Positions 9,279 to 19,081 of a DNA stretch of 42,045 bases are shown one piece after another. The first letter of the stretch is position 1. Every line of letters starts with the position of its first letter. A model generated the notes under the pieces. That model ran no database searches and was not told where the DNA came from. It saw nothing but the letters and a program-made list of their open reading frames with translations. A program made the translations under genes and the position numbers. The stretch is from positions 1 to 42,045 of the forward strand of contig JBGAIN010000060.1 in the NCBI GenBank assembly GCA_044225505.1. Reading direction: 5' to 3'. This DNA is from Limisphaerales bacterium. GTDB taxonomy: Bacteria > Verrucomicrobiota > Verrucomicrobiia > Limisphaerales > SIBE01.

Positions 9279-10537
9279 CCTCTCGCGAGCGAATTCAGTC
9301 CGCCTGTGACCATCGAACTCCGGACAAACTCCCGGTAGATTTCGGTGGTGGTTTTCAGACGGGCATGCATGTCAGCGCAGTCTATCAACTCCGCCAAGCT
9401 TTTGGTCTGGATCAACCGCGCACGCCGGTCAAAGTGGTGGAAATCTACCAAATGCTAGGGGAGATACGTCCGGATCTTCAAGACCTGCTCGGGATTGACA
9501 CGACCAGTCTCCACGGGACGGGGACCATGTTTGGGTTTCCTCAAATCCAATTCAAGGAGTGGACACTGGCGGATGGAACACCCGTTTTGGTGCCCGAGGA
9601 CTTCAATACGTCCTACGAGCCCAATGGCGACCTTTTGCAATGGCCGGAAGCTGATCGGTCCGTACCGCCGAGTGGTCGCATGCCTGCGGGTGGCCATTTT
9701 TTCGACGCGATCATTCGCCAGGAGCCTGTCGATGAGGCAACGCTTACTCCGACCGATAACACTGAGGAGTTTGGTCGCGTCTCGGACGCTGAACTGGCGC
9801 ACTATGCCCGCTTGGCCAGCCACCTCACCGAAACTACTGAGAGAGCCCTGTTTTGCACTTTTGGCGGACTGTCCTTTGGTGATATAGCTTTGGTGCCAGC
9901 CACGTTCCTCAAGCGTCCGCGCGGCATACGCGACGTGGAGGAGTGGTATATCAGCTCTGCCCTCCGTCCGAAATATTTGCAGGCGGTATTCGAGCGACAG
10001 GCCGAGGTGGCTATCGAAAATCTCGGCCACCTCTATCAAGCCATCGGCGATCGGGCAACAGTCATTCAAACCAACGGAACGGATTTTGGAACTCAGAAAG
10101 GTCCGTTTTGCAGCACTGCTAAATACCGAGAACTCTACCTGCCTTACCAGAAGCAGGTGAACGGCTGGATCCACCGAAATACGCCTTGGAAGACCCTGAT
10201 GCATTGTTGTGGTGGAATCGCTCCGCTTTTGGACGCGATCGTGGAAGCGGAGTTCGATATCCTGAATCCGGTGCAGTGTTCAGCTGCTGGCATGGACGCG
10301 GCCACGTTAAAACGGACTTACGGAGACCAACTTGTGTTTTGGGGGGGAGGTGTCGACACTCAGCGAACATTGCCATTCGGAACTCCGCAGCAAGTTAAAG
10401 AAGAGGTGCGGCAGCGTATTGATACTTTTGCACCTGGTGGCGGTTACGTCTTTTCCACGATTCACAATGTCCAGGCCCAAGTTCCGCTGGAAAACTTACT
10501 TGCCATGTTTGAGGTCACGCGGGAGTACCGGCGGTGA
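9275..10537 (+). CDS. Uroporphyrinogen decarboxylase (UroD/MetE-like) family protein, MtaA/CmuA methyltransferase-like; not a canonical HemE
   Basis: MTSRERI..A..H..PD, MHCCG, LNPVQ, FWGGGVDTQ.TLPFGTP, GGGYVF..IHNVQ. Lacks the HemE WxMRQAGR motif. ATGA overlap with the sugar porter. Confidence 0.85.
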   Translation: MTSRERIQSACDHRTPDKLPVDFGGGFQTGMHVSAVYQLRQAFGLDQPRTPVKVVEIYQMLGEIRPDLQDLLGIDTTSLHGTGTMFGFPQIQFKEWTLADGTPVLVPEDFNTSYEPNGDLLQWPEADRSVPPSGRMPAGGHFFDAIIRQEPVDEATLTPTDNTEEFGRVSDAELAHYARLASHLTETTERALFCTFGGLSFGDIALVPATFLKRPRGIRDVEEWYISSALRPKYLQAVFERQAEVAIENLGHLYQAIGDRATVIQTNGTDFGTQKGPFCSTAKYRELYLPYQKQVNGWIHRNTPWKTLMHCCGGIAPLLDAIVEAEFDILNPVQCSAAGMDAATLKRTYGDQLVFWGGGVDTQRTLPFGTPQQVKEEVRQRIDTFAPGGGYVFSTIHNVQAQVPLENLLAMFEVTREYRR

Positions 10538-10654
10538 TCGCCAAGTTGATTGGCGCTGGGGCAGTTCAGTCTGCTGCTGTCAGCCGTAACGATCAACGAT
10601 TTGACGGTGTTACGACGCCGACAGGCTCCTGATCAAGTAGCCAAACGAAACCAC

Positions 10655-12145
10655 TCAAGCGGGCTGAGCTGCGCTTTGCGCTTTTGCCCAATCGGATGCA
10701 TTCTCCGTCAATGCGGGGCTAAGCTTCGGGTAGGCAGGTCGTTGGTGATGTCGTGCCAGGACCCACGCAATAAAAGTCTCTTCTGCAAGCGCAAGTTCCG
10801 CCAAGGTCAGCGGGCAGAGTGCGAGTTGTCCTTCCGCAATACGGTCGGCGACAAGTTTTCGGACAAAAGCTCTTGATTCGGCGTCCGGCTTGGGTCCCAA
10901 CGAACGCGTTGCCGCTTCCACCATGTCCGCGAGGGCTATGATGCCGGACTCGCGCGATGAAGGGGGAGGCCCTGGATAGGAGAATAACGGTTTCAACTTT
11001 TCAGCCGTTTCTCCTTCTCGCAGAGTGCTACACGCTTTGCTGTAAAAGTATCGAACTGTTGAGGTGCCGTGATGCTCCGCAATGATCTCGCGAAACGCTT
11101 TTGGCAAACCATGCTTTCGCGCGAGTTCTAACCCGAACGTCACGTGCTCAATAATTCGAGCTGCGCTCACCCGTGGCTCGAGGACGTCGTGCGGCGAGGG
11201 GCCCGCGATATTCTCTGCGAAGATAGAGGGCTCCTTGAGCTTCCCAATGTCGTGGTAAAGCGCGGCTGTCTTGCAGAATAACGCCCGCGCGCCCACAGCG
11301 GCTGCGGCTTTCTCAGCCAAATCGGCGACGTTTAAGGAGTGGTGCCAGGTTCCAGGCGCCTGCTCTTTGAGTTGGTCTAAGAGCGGATGGTGGCTGCCAT
11401 ATTCCGCTAATGTGACATCGGATAGTTCGCCAAGAATCCATTCGAGGACCGGCAGAAACGCGAGCACACTGAATGCCGAGAGCAGCCCGATGACAATGGG
11501 AACGGCACCTGCAGCGGCCGTATTGGCCAACGGAGTGCCCGTTTGAACTCCGTGGATTACAGCGACAATTCCCAAGAGCAGTCCCGTTCCCAATCCGGCG
11601 CGAAGCACGCGGCGACGGGTCGACCTCTTGAGCAGGACAATGCCAGATAAAGAAGAAACCAGGCACCCAACCAGGGGCAAGGGACCTGGGTCGGCACGCA
11701 AATAAAGGAGAAGCGCACCGGTCAGTGTAAGCAGCAAACCGAATCGACTGCCGAGCAGCATGACCGCGAGGCCTGTCGTTAGGAACCAAGGAGTCCACAA
11801 CCACGCGCCCGCGGGCCACCAGCCGAAAAAGATCCATTCTTCGGGATGAGCAAGCTCGAGCCCAGCTCGCAGGAAAATCGCTTGAAGAACCACGAGCGCG
11901 ATGCCATTCCGCAGCCGACGACATTCACTAACGCCTCGAGGCCAAAAACGCCGTCGAAAGGCCCAGAATCCTACTGCCGCAAGGCAAAGAGCGATCATAG
12001 GGCCCGAATTCTCGGGTGCCCGCCACGGAGCCGTTCCGATTGGATTGGGCAGCGGAACGAACAGGGCTACACCTGCGGCGATCGTAGCGAGGCCGAGGAT
12101 CCAGCCGCCGCCACTCTGAGTGCTATCTCTGTCGGTCGTCACCAA
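10655..12145 (-). CDS. Membrane-bound HDIG/HD phosphohydrolase, PgpH-like (putative c-di-AMP phosphodiesterase)
   Basis: Multiple TM helices, then APGTWHHS, YHDIGK, EHHGT, YPGP.P, LADMVEAA.RSL. Confidence 0.85.
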   Translation of the reverse strand: MVTTDRDSTQSGGGWILGLATIAAGVALFVPLPNPIGTAPWRAPENSGPMIALCLAAVGFWAFRRRFWPRGVSECRRLRNGIALVVLQAIFLRAGLELAHPEEWIFFGWWPAGAWLWTPWFLTTGLAVMLLGSRFGLLLTLTGALLLYLRADPGPLPLVGCLVSSLSGIVLLKRSTRRRVLRAGLGTGLLLGIVAVIHGVQTGTPLANTAAAGAVPIVIGLLSAFSVLAFLPVLEWILGELSDVTLAEYGSHHPLLDQLKEQAPGTWHHSLNVADLAEKAAAAVGARALFCKTAALYHDIGKLKEPSIFAENIAGPSPHDVLEPRVSAARIIEHVTFGLELARKHGLPKAFREIIAEHHGTSTVRYFYSKACSTLREGETAEKLKPLFSYPGPPPSSRESGIIALADMVEAATRSLGPKPDAESRAFVRKLVADRIAEGQLALCPLTLAELALAEETFIAWVLARHHQRPAYPKLSPALTENASDWAKAQSAAQPA

Positions 12146-12351
12146 GCCTCATTTGTAATCGATTTTTCTAACCCTGTCCATGTTCAGTGTCGGTGCTTCT
12201 GACGTAATCCCATAGCCTTAGATACTTTACAGCGGACTGGCTAATAAAAGCAAGATTGCCCCCTAACCGTTAGAATAGACTGCGGTTCTTGGGTTTGCCA
12301 AGCGTCATTTGGTCCCATCCGGAACGTTCGAGGGGGTCCCCGAAGCTAGTT

Positions 12352-15222
12352 TCAGGCTGGACCTCGCCGAATCCAGCGAATGGCGTCAAGTCGCAGCCGG
12401 GCGGCGCCAAGGCATATTTGCAGCGCACGCTGATGTTCCTGCAACTCCAGGATCTCCGCTTCTGGGACGTTCGGATTGACCTGTTGGAGATCCTTCAACC
12501 GAGCGATCTCGTGCTGGAGTTGGCGATTCATTTCTTGTTGAGCGCGCTGGATCGTTGGGGCCACTTGCACGTGAGCCAGCGTCTCGGCGGCTGCTACCAA
12601 CCCGGGAACCAACTCGGCCAATTCCAAGGAACGCCCGAGCAGCGCTTCGGGCTTGGCAGCTTTCAATTCGCGCGCCATCTGGGTGGCGCTCACGCTGAAC
12701 TGCACCTCTTTGCCGTGATGATCGACGATGGTCCGAATCGGAGTGGGTGGCAGAAAACGGTCCGCATGCAGCGCCGGAGGCGCGACACACTCCAGGATGT
12801 AGATAGCTTCCAGGTAAACCGCGCGTCCCGTGGAGCGATCGGGCCAGATTGCGACGCTCGCGGTGCCTTTAGTCGAACCGATGATTAGATCTAAGGCTCC
12901 GGTGACCAACGGGTGGTCCCACGTGAGGAAATGTACATCCTCACGGGTCAACGCCTTTCGCCTATCCCGCGTGAAGGTGATTCCATCGATTGGGAGACCT
13001 GGAAAAGTGTCCGCAAAGACTCCAGCTGATCCCAAGCGATATGTGCCAGGGTCTAGTTCTTCCGCATGAATGCCGTACTCGTCGAACGCAGCTAGCAAGA
13101 ACGACTCGAGAGTTCCATCATCATCTTCGTGTCGGATCTCTTGGATAATTCGGTTGGCCAAGTCGGCTCGAAAAGAATTGAGCTCCAACAGACGGTCGCG
13201 CCCCTGTTCCAGGCGGGCCGCGATTTCCTTGGTCGCTTCCTGCGTTTCACGAATCAATCGCTGCAACTGGACGTCGTCCTGCGTCTCATGATAATCCTGA
13301 GCCAGATCCGCCACGCGCGCGGTGAACCGTTCAAAGACTTCGTGGCCACCGTGAAGATTTTTGGCGAACGCGTTCAGGCCCTCATGATACCAGCGTGCCA
13401 GGACCTCCTGGGCACTGCCTTGCACATAGGGAATATGCACTTGGATTTCCGCAGACTGACCGATTCGATCGAGGCGTCCGATACGTTGTTCGACCAGTTC
13501 TGGATTGAGTGGCAGATCAAATAGGACAAGGTCATGGGCAAACTGGAAGTTCCGTCCTTCGCTGCCTATTTCAGAGGCGAGCAGGAGTTGCGCTCCTTCG
13601 GGTTCGGCAAACCAGGCCGCGTTCCGGTCACGCTGGACGAGCGGTAATCCTTCGTGAAACTGAGCTAGCAGGACTCGCACACGGCGCTGCAAGGCGGCCT
13701 CAATCGCTTTTACTTTGGAGGCAGTGCGGCAGATCAGTAATACCTTCCGGTCAGCCCGTTCTCGAAGAAACGAGGCGAGCCATGCGACCCTTGGGTCATT
13801 CGTAAGGTCCGAATCATAGGGCGAGCCGGCCGTGTTGTCAGTGGCAAATTCCGTGGCAAGCCGTTCCAGAAACGTGGACTCTTCGCTCTGCAACCTTAGC
13901 GTGTACAGGCAAGCGACTCGCCTCGGAAATCCGCGGATCGTGCTGCGCGTGTTCCGGAACATCAGGCGCCCAGTTCCATGGCGATCGATCAGGTCTCCGA
14001 TCAGCGCTTGACGTCCAACGGAATCTTCGGGAAGCGCAAAAACAGGCTGGATCTTTGCGCCATTGGATGGGCATGCGTTTCCAGACTCAGAGGGCGGGGC
14101 GAGGACACGGCCAAGCAAGGCCATGTCTTCTGTTTCGAGAGCAAGATTACGGAGCAGTTTGTCAGCAACGCTGGCGACTTCGCGATAGTGTTCTTCTTCT
14201 TTGATGAAGTCCGCCAGACTGTAGTAACGGTCGGGATCCAGAAGCCGCAGGCGTGCGAAATGGCTGGCCACTCCCAGTTGCTCTGGAGTTGCCGTCAACA
14301 ACAGTAATGCGGGCACTCGCTGGGCGAGACTCTCGACGAGCGAATACTCTGGGCTAGCGGCGGTTGTGGACCAGGTTAGATGGTGTGCTTCATCAACGAC
14401 GAGAAGGTCCCAGCTGGCTGCGGTTACTTGAGCCACACGTTCCGGCCGGCGTGTGAGGAAAGAAATCCCGCACAAAACGAGTTGGTCGTCAAAAAACGGG
14501 TTGGCGCCGGGATCGGCTGTTTCGATGGCATCGCAGCGTTCTTCGTCGAAAATGTGAAACCACAAGCTAAACCGCCTCAGCAGCTCTACGAACCACTGAT
14601 GCACCAGCGGTTCCGGGACTAGGATCAAAACACGCTGCACACGCCGGGTTTGAAGCAACCGGCTGACGATCAAGCAAGCTTCAATCGTTTTACCCAGTCC
14701 CACTTCGTCGGCGAGCAGCACTCGAGGTATCAGGCGTCCAGCCACTTCCGGAGCAATGTAAAGCTGGTGCGGGATGAGTTCGATGCGCGCTCCAACAAAA
14801 CCACGAACCGGAGACTTTCGTCGGTGGTGTTGATGTTGCAGAGCGGCCAAGCGGAGATCGAAAGCAGAAGTGGAATCTGCTTCACCGGATCGAAGACGTT
14901 GTTCAGGGCTGGTCACTCCCACCTGATCGTTCAGCTCGGTCTCACTCCATTCGTTCCCGGCTCCGAAATAAATGAGCAATCCCTGCCGCTCGCGCACCTC
15001 ATCCACACAGATGTCCTTTCCCTGCCGCGTGCGGATGGTATCACCGGGGCGGAATCGAACTCGTATCAAGGGCGCATTTTCCTGCGAGTATTCGCGGGTC
15101 TCGCCGCTGGCTGAAAAAAAGAGCGTGACCGTTCGTGCCGAGGCGCGCTGGACGGTCCCGAGCCCCAATTCAGGTTCGCTTTCGCTGGACCATCGCTGAC
15201 CGACTTGGAAAATTGACGCCAT
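12352..15222 (-). CDS. rapA: RNA polymerase-associated SNF2-family ATPase RapA/HepA
   Basis: GQRWSSESEPELGLG N-terminus, LIPHQLYIA, LLADEVGLGKT, DEAHH, LTATPEQLG, SEIGSEGRNFQF, EQRIGRLDRIGQ, GRDRLLELNS, FLTWDHP. ATG at 15222. Confidence 0.97.
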   Translation of the reverse strand: MASIFQVGQRWSSESEPELGLGTVQRASARTVTLFFSASGETREYSQENAPLIRVRFRPGDTIRTRQGKDICVDEVRERQGLLIYFGAGNEWSETELNDQVGVTSPEQRLRSGEADSTSAFDLRLAALQHQHHRRKSPVRGFVGARIELIPHQLYIAPEVAGRLIPRVLLADEVGLGKTIEACLIVSRLLQTRRVQRVLILVPEPLVHQWFVELLRRFSLWFHIFDEERCDAIETADPGANPFFDDQLVLCGISFLTRRPERVAQVTAASWDLLVVDEAHHLTWSTTAASPEYSLVESLAQRVPALLLLTATPEQLGVASHFARLRLLDPDRYYSLADFIKEEEHYREVASVADKLLRNLALETEDMALLGRVLAPPSESGNACPSNGAKIQPVFALPEDSVGRQALIGDLIDRHGTGRLMFRNTRSTIRGFPRRVACLYTLRLQSEESTFLERLATEFATDNTAGSPYDSDLTNDPRVAWLASFLRERADRKVLLICRTASKVKAIEAALQRRVRVLLAQFHEGLPLVQRDRNAAWFAEPEGAQLLLASEIGSEGRNFQFAHDLVLFDLPLNPELVEQRIGRLDRIGQSAEIQVHIPYVQGSAQEVLARWYHEGLNAFAKNLHGGHEVFERFTARVADLAQDYHETQDDVQLQRLIRETQEATKEIAARLEQGRDRLLELNSFRADLANRIIQEIRHEDDDGTLESFLLAAFDEYGIHAEELDPGTYRLGSAGVFADTFPGLPIDGITFTRDRRKALTREDVHFLTWDHPLVTGALDLIIGSTKGTASVAIWPDRSTGRAVYLEAIYILECVAPPALHADRFLPPTPIRTIVDHHGKEVQFSVSATQMARELKAAKPEALLGRSLELAELVPGLVAAAETLAHVQVAPTIQRAQQEMNRQLQHEIARLKDLQQVNPNVPEAEILELQEHQRALQICLGAARLRLDAIRWIRRGPA

Positions 15223-15232
15223 CGTTCTAGAT

Positions 15233-15262
15233 AGACTAGCACTTTTGGGTGGGTAGTGACAA
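15233..15262 (-). promoter_or_regulatory. Putative sigma70 promoter for rapA
   Basis: Minus strand TTGTCA-18 nt-TAGTCT with extended -10 TG, 10 nt before the ATG. Confidence 0.45.
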
Positions 15263-15408
15263 TCGGCGAGCCTGGGGCGGCGCAATGTCGGCGAAGCGCA
15301 TTCTGCAGCCCGATTGGATGGCGTCGCATCGGGCTGCCCAGTCGTGCTGAATCTAGAATCGTTGCCAACGGGTGGGACTGTCCGTAGTCTACGAGCACCG
15401 CAAAGCCA

Positions 15409-16230
15409 ATGAAAGCCAATTTCTTATCTGTGCCCTTGCACCAGTCAAAACCGAAACCAGATCCGAACGGGCCAAGCGTCGGTGCGCGGACGCTCCGGTT
15501 TGCCTATTCCTTCGGAGTGAGGAACTGGGCGATGGCCGTCATGGCGGTCATTGCATTCTCCTCCAGAGCTTCCGGTGCTCCTGGAGAAGAGTTGCGCCTC
15601 ACCGGGCTCGCCGGGTGGCGACAACCGACGGGAGAATGGGTGACGGCTCGTTCCGTTTCACTTGATCCTGTTAAGGCGGAGAGAATGGGGTTCGAACCCG
15701 GGCAGGGCTTGTTGGTGAATGGGAGCTTAGGCAAGACCGTTGATCTTCTGACGGAAGCCGAGTTTGGAGACGTGGAAGTGCATGTGGAGTTCTGCATCTC
15801 GCGGCATTCAAACTCTGGGGTCTACCTGATGGGCCGATATGAGATTCAGATTTATGATAGCCAAGGGGTGACAAAGGATAAGTACCCGGGCATCGAATGC
15901 GGCGGGATCTATCCGCGATGGACTCCGGAAAGGAACGAGTTCGAAGGTCACTCTCCGCGGGTCAACGTTAGTAAAAGCCCAGGACAGTGGCAGAGCTTTG
16001 ACATCATCTTTCGTGCGCCACGATTTGACGCGGCCGGGAAGAAGTTGGCGAACGCTCGGTTCGAGCGGGTGTGGCACAACGGCGAGCTTGTGCATGAGAA
16101 CGTCGAGGTGACAGGTCCAACCCGCGCTGCTCATTGGGAGGTGGAGGCAAAAACCGGCCCACTGCTCATCCAAGGCGACCATGGCCCTGTCGCCATTCGC
16201 AATCTGAAGCTAAAGCCGCTCGGACAGTGA
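15409..16230 (+). CDS. DUF1080 (3-keto-disaccharide hydrolase-like) secreted protein
   Basis: HVEF, NSGVYLMGRYEIQIYDS, CGGIY, GQWQSFDI.FRAPRFD, IQGDHGPVAIRN. True start may be a later Met (15532). Confidence 0.9.
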   Translation: MKANFLSVPLHQSKPKPDPNGPSVGARTLRFAYSFGVRNWAMAVMAVIAFSSRASGAPGEELRLTGLAGWRQPTGEWVTARSVSLDPVKAERMGFEPGQGLLVNGSLGKTVDLLTEAEFGDVEVHVEFCISRHSNSGVYLMGRYEIQIYDSQGVTKDKYPGIECGGIYPRWTPERNEFEGHSPRVNVSKSPGQWQSFDIIFRAPRFDAAGKKLANARFERVWHNGELVHENVEVTGPTRAAHWEVEAKTGPLLIQGDHGPVAIRNLKLKPLGQ

Positions 16231-16271
16231 GCATCAGAGCCCGGGAACTCGCCAACCTCAGACCGAACAGC

Positions 16272-17408
16272 CTAAGCTTTTAGGTCGCGTTTTCGGAGAT
16301 CAATCCGGCGCTCGTCCCAGATCCCGAGTCCCAAAGCCCCGGCGATCTCGACATGTTCAGGCTGCCTGTTTAAGAAGACGCTCACGCCGTCCGGCTTGGC
16401 CTCAGCGATCGGTTTCATTCCGACTTCGACTCGCTTCTTATCGATTGCTTTCCATCCGATCCGGTCGACCGCAACCGGATCCGTCGAGAAATAGAGGGTG
16501 CGATGCTCCCAAACGTACTCGGGGCGAGCGGACGGTCCGCCATGGTAAAGTCCTTTGATGCCATCCAGAATGTGCAAGACTGTCTTGTCGCGGATGATGG
16601 GCAATGAGACGACTGCGGGAATAAACGCTCCACAGACATTCAATGTCCCGGTGGAATGGCTTCGGTTTACGTTATTCACCAACCCGTGAGAGAGATTTTT
16701 CAAAGCGAGGGTGACGCCCGCGGATTGGTGATCTTTCAAAGCGGGCAAATTAATGAGCTTATTCACCTCGCGGGTGATAAACTTTGCCGCATAGGATCTT
16801 CGGGCGGTCAGGCTGCTGACATGCTGGCCTGGCAACGTCACGGCCATATCCATGTAATGGTCCGGATCATACCCTTCGATATCTTGCTGGAAATTGTCGT
16901 ATTCGGCACTCGCGGAAGACCAGCGTACGCCCTCCGGCAACCACTGTTCAAAACCCGCTTTGATGAACTGATCGCGATAGCGATCGTAAACGACAATGTC
17001 TTTGCGACGAACCCCTGCAGATTCCAGGCCCGTGACCACCGTTTGCAGCACCTCGGCGGAGCTCATGACCAAAGGGGCGCCTACGGGTGTGAGTTTGATC
17101 CCCACGACATCTCCTCGTTCAAAAAACTGTTGCCAAGCTTGCGGTCCGTCGTCGGCTCCGGTCAATTCGGTCATGCCTTCTTCAATCATGCGTTGAATTG
17201 GGTCACGACGGAATTGGCCGTTCACGATACAGGCCGGATGAGAAACGGAAACGACGCGTCCCGGATGCAGCCCGGGCATGCCGAGTTTCGTCTTGGAGAC
17301 CTTGGAACTAACTTGAGCGGCGAGAGCTAACTGTGGAAGAGCGAGTGTGCCAGCGGCTGCCCTTAACCATTCGCGCCGTGTCCATCCTTTGCCGGAACTG
17401 GTTCTCAT
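16272..17408 (-). CDS. Tat-exported DUF362-family protein
   Basis: TRREWL Tat signal; GDVVGIK, LINLPALKDH..AGVTLALKNL, LHILDG, STDPVAVD. Confidence 0.85.
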   Translation of the reverse strand: MRTSSGKGWTRREWLRAAAGTLALPQLALAAQVSSKVSKTKLGMPGLHPGRVVSVSHPACIVNGQFRRDPIQRMIEEGMTELTGADDGPQAWQQFFERGDVVGIKLTPVGAPLVMSSAEVLQTVVTGLESAGVRRKDIVVYDRYRDQFIKAGFEQWLPEGVRWSSASAEYDNFQQDIEGYDPDHYMDMAVTLPGQHVSSLTARRSYAAKFITREVNKLINLPALKDHQSAGVTLALKNLSHGLVNNVNRSHSTGTLNVCGAFIPAVVSLPIIRDKTVLHILDGIKGLYHGGPSARPEYVWEHRTLYFSTDPVAVDRIGWKAIDKKRVEVGMKPIAEAKPDGVSVFLNRQPEHVEIAGALGLGIWDERRIDLRKRDLKA

Positions 17409-17601
17409 GGGAGGACTCTAACGCGGTGATTCGGAAATAGCCACACTTTCGCGGATGGCGAATCGACTCTCAAGATCCGGCGGGACGTCACATCGGCTTA
17501 ACCGATTGGACCAGAAGTGCCGTCTTCGCGATCGAAGCGTCCCGAGAGGCTGATCCGTTTGAGCGCTGCGCTTCAGTCTCTAACCGACCGCCAGCCCGAG
17601 C

Positions 17602-17642
17602 AAAAAGAAAACGGGCCAGAGTGATGAGTCTCCGGCCCGTTT
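17602..17642 (-). terminator. Intrinsic terminator downstream of pfp/pfk
   Basis: Minus strand AAACGGGCCGGAG-loop-CTCTGGCCCGTTT followed by TCTTTTT, about 30 nt after the stop at 17675. Confidence 0.85.
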
Positions 17643-17674
17643 GGCAGTCGCATTGCGCGAACCGCCGGACGAAT

Positions 17675-18958
17675 TTAACCGTAAGGAGTAAGCTTCTTAT
17701 CGACTAACGTCTTCTGCAACGTGACGAATTTCGGCAAGCCCCGCTCCACGGGCGGATGGGACTCTCCATCAATCAGAGGCAGAGCGTAATCCACAAACCT
17801 CTGATTGGGCAGGTAACCATCTTCACTAATCCAATCGCGAGGAATCATATGCTCGACGTTGGCAATATCGCCCAACGGCTGCAGCCCCGTTCCCCAAGTG
17901 ACAGATCCATCCGGCTGGGTGGTTCGGACGATTTTCACCATGAAGCCGCTTTTCCCTTCGACCGCGGCGCGGACAGCCATTTCGCCGCAAGCGACGGCGT
18001 TGTTGACGTCGGTCAGGCTGGCCAAGTGGGCGGCGGCGCGCTGAGCATAGCCAAGCAGCACGGTTCGAGTCTTGGTATTGAGCTTACCCTGAATGAGTTC
18101 CTTCAGTTTCTCCGCGGCGCCCGCAAGGACGGGGTGGCCAAAAGCGTCGAGACGTGTCTTATCTGCTCCGAGTTCCTCGCCTTTTTCATTGCGAATGCCT
18201 TCGCCGACGACAATTACGCAGTACTTGTAGGCATCCACAGTCTCCTTCACTTTGGCCAAGAGGAGATCCATGTTGTACTGGATCTCAGGGAGCAGAATGA
18301 TATGCGGTGGGTTGGCCGGGTCTCCGCGTTTGGCCAGAACCGTGCCGGCGGCAATCCATCCTGCAGCGCGGCCCATGACTTCAATGATGCAGCAGGAACC
18401 GTCATCGGTCGCCATGCTTCCGACGTCAAAGCCGACTTCCTGCACGGTGGTGGAATTGTATTTGATCACCGATCCGTAGCCCGGGCAGTAATCGGTGTGG
18501 GGGAGGTCATTATCAATCGTTTTGGGCACTCCAATGACACGCATTTCGTAGCCACGGCGGACAGCTTCGTCGTGGATTTTGTGCGACGTATCCTGCGAAT
18601 CATTGCCCCCCGCATAGAAAAAATAGCGGATGTTATGTGCCGCGAACACCTCGAAAAGACGATCCATGTCGCGTGCGGCTTTCTCAGGCTTTTTCTTGAA
18701 ATCAATTTTGTAGCGGCACGTGCCCAGGGCTGCCGCTGGGGTATGCTTTAAGCCTTCGATGACGCTGCTCTTCTCCTCGAGAATATCGATGAGTTGCTCG
18801 CGGAGAATTCCCAGGATGCCGTTACAGCCTCCATAGATCTCCTCGATGACTTCCGGGTGCTTGCCCGCTTCCTGGATGACACCCGCGACACTGGCATTAA
18901 TCACTGCTGTGGGACCGCCGGATTGGGCGACGAGCAAATTACCAACTAGTTGCGCCAT
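17675..18958 (-). CDS. pfp: Phosphofructokinase family, likely pyrophosphate-dependent
   Basis: AQSGGPTAVIN, GGNDS (Asp at the ATP/PPi-discriminating position), PKTIDND, EVMGR.AGW, LPE, D.FGH, GYAQR. Confidence 0.9.
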   Translation of the reverse strand: MAQLVGNLLVAQSGGPTAVINASVAGVIQEAGKHPEVIEEIYGGCNGILGILREQLIDILEEKSSVIEGLKHTPAAALGTCRYKIDFKKKPEKAARDMDRLFEVFAAHNIRYFFYAGGNDSQDTSHKIHDEAVRRGYEMRVIGVPKTIDNDLPHTDYCPGYGSVIKYNSTTVQEVGFDVGSMATDDGSCCIIEVMGRAAGWIAAGTVLAKRGDPANPPHIILLPEIQYNMDLLLAKVKETVDAYKYCVIVVGEGIRNEKGEELGADKTRLDAFGHPVLAGAAEKLKELIQGKLNTKTRTVLLGYAQRAAAHLASLTDVNNAVACGEMAVRAAVEGKSGFMVKIVRTTQPDGSVTWGTGLQPLGDIANVEHMIPRDWISEDGYLPNQRFVDYALPLIDGESHPPVERGLPKFVTLQKTLVDKKLTPYG

Positions 18959-19012
18959 ATATTAGTCAAAAGAATTCAAATTGCTGCTATCCGCTCTCTA
19001 ACTCGAAAAGGC

Positions 19013-19042
19013 ACCATGCCAAAGGGCACTCCTCGGTGTCAA
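19013..19042 (-). promoter_or_regulatory. Putative sigma70 promoter for pfp
   Basis: Minus strand TTGACA-18 nt-CATGGT, about 55 nt upstream of the ATG; the -10 is weak. Confidence 0.35.
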
Positions 19043-19081
19043 AGATGAATTCAGGCGTTACCGGCCTTGGCGTCAGGTATT

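Noticed and set aside
9275..10537. Calling this gene hemE
   Set aside because: Lacks the HemE N-terminal RQAGR motif and has no haem-pathway context.
12352..15222. SNF2 helicase as an anti-phage defence component
   Set aside because: It carries RapA-specific N- and C-terminal motifs and has no methylase or nuclease neighbours.
17756..18751. 331-aa plus-strand ORF
   Set aside because: Antisense shadow of the PFK gene, typical of GC-rich codon bias.
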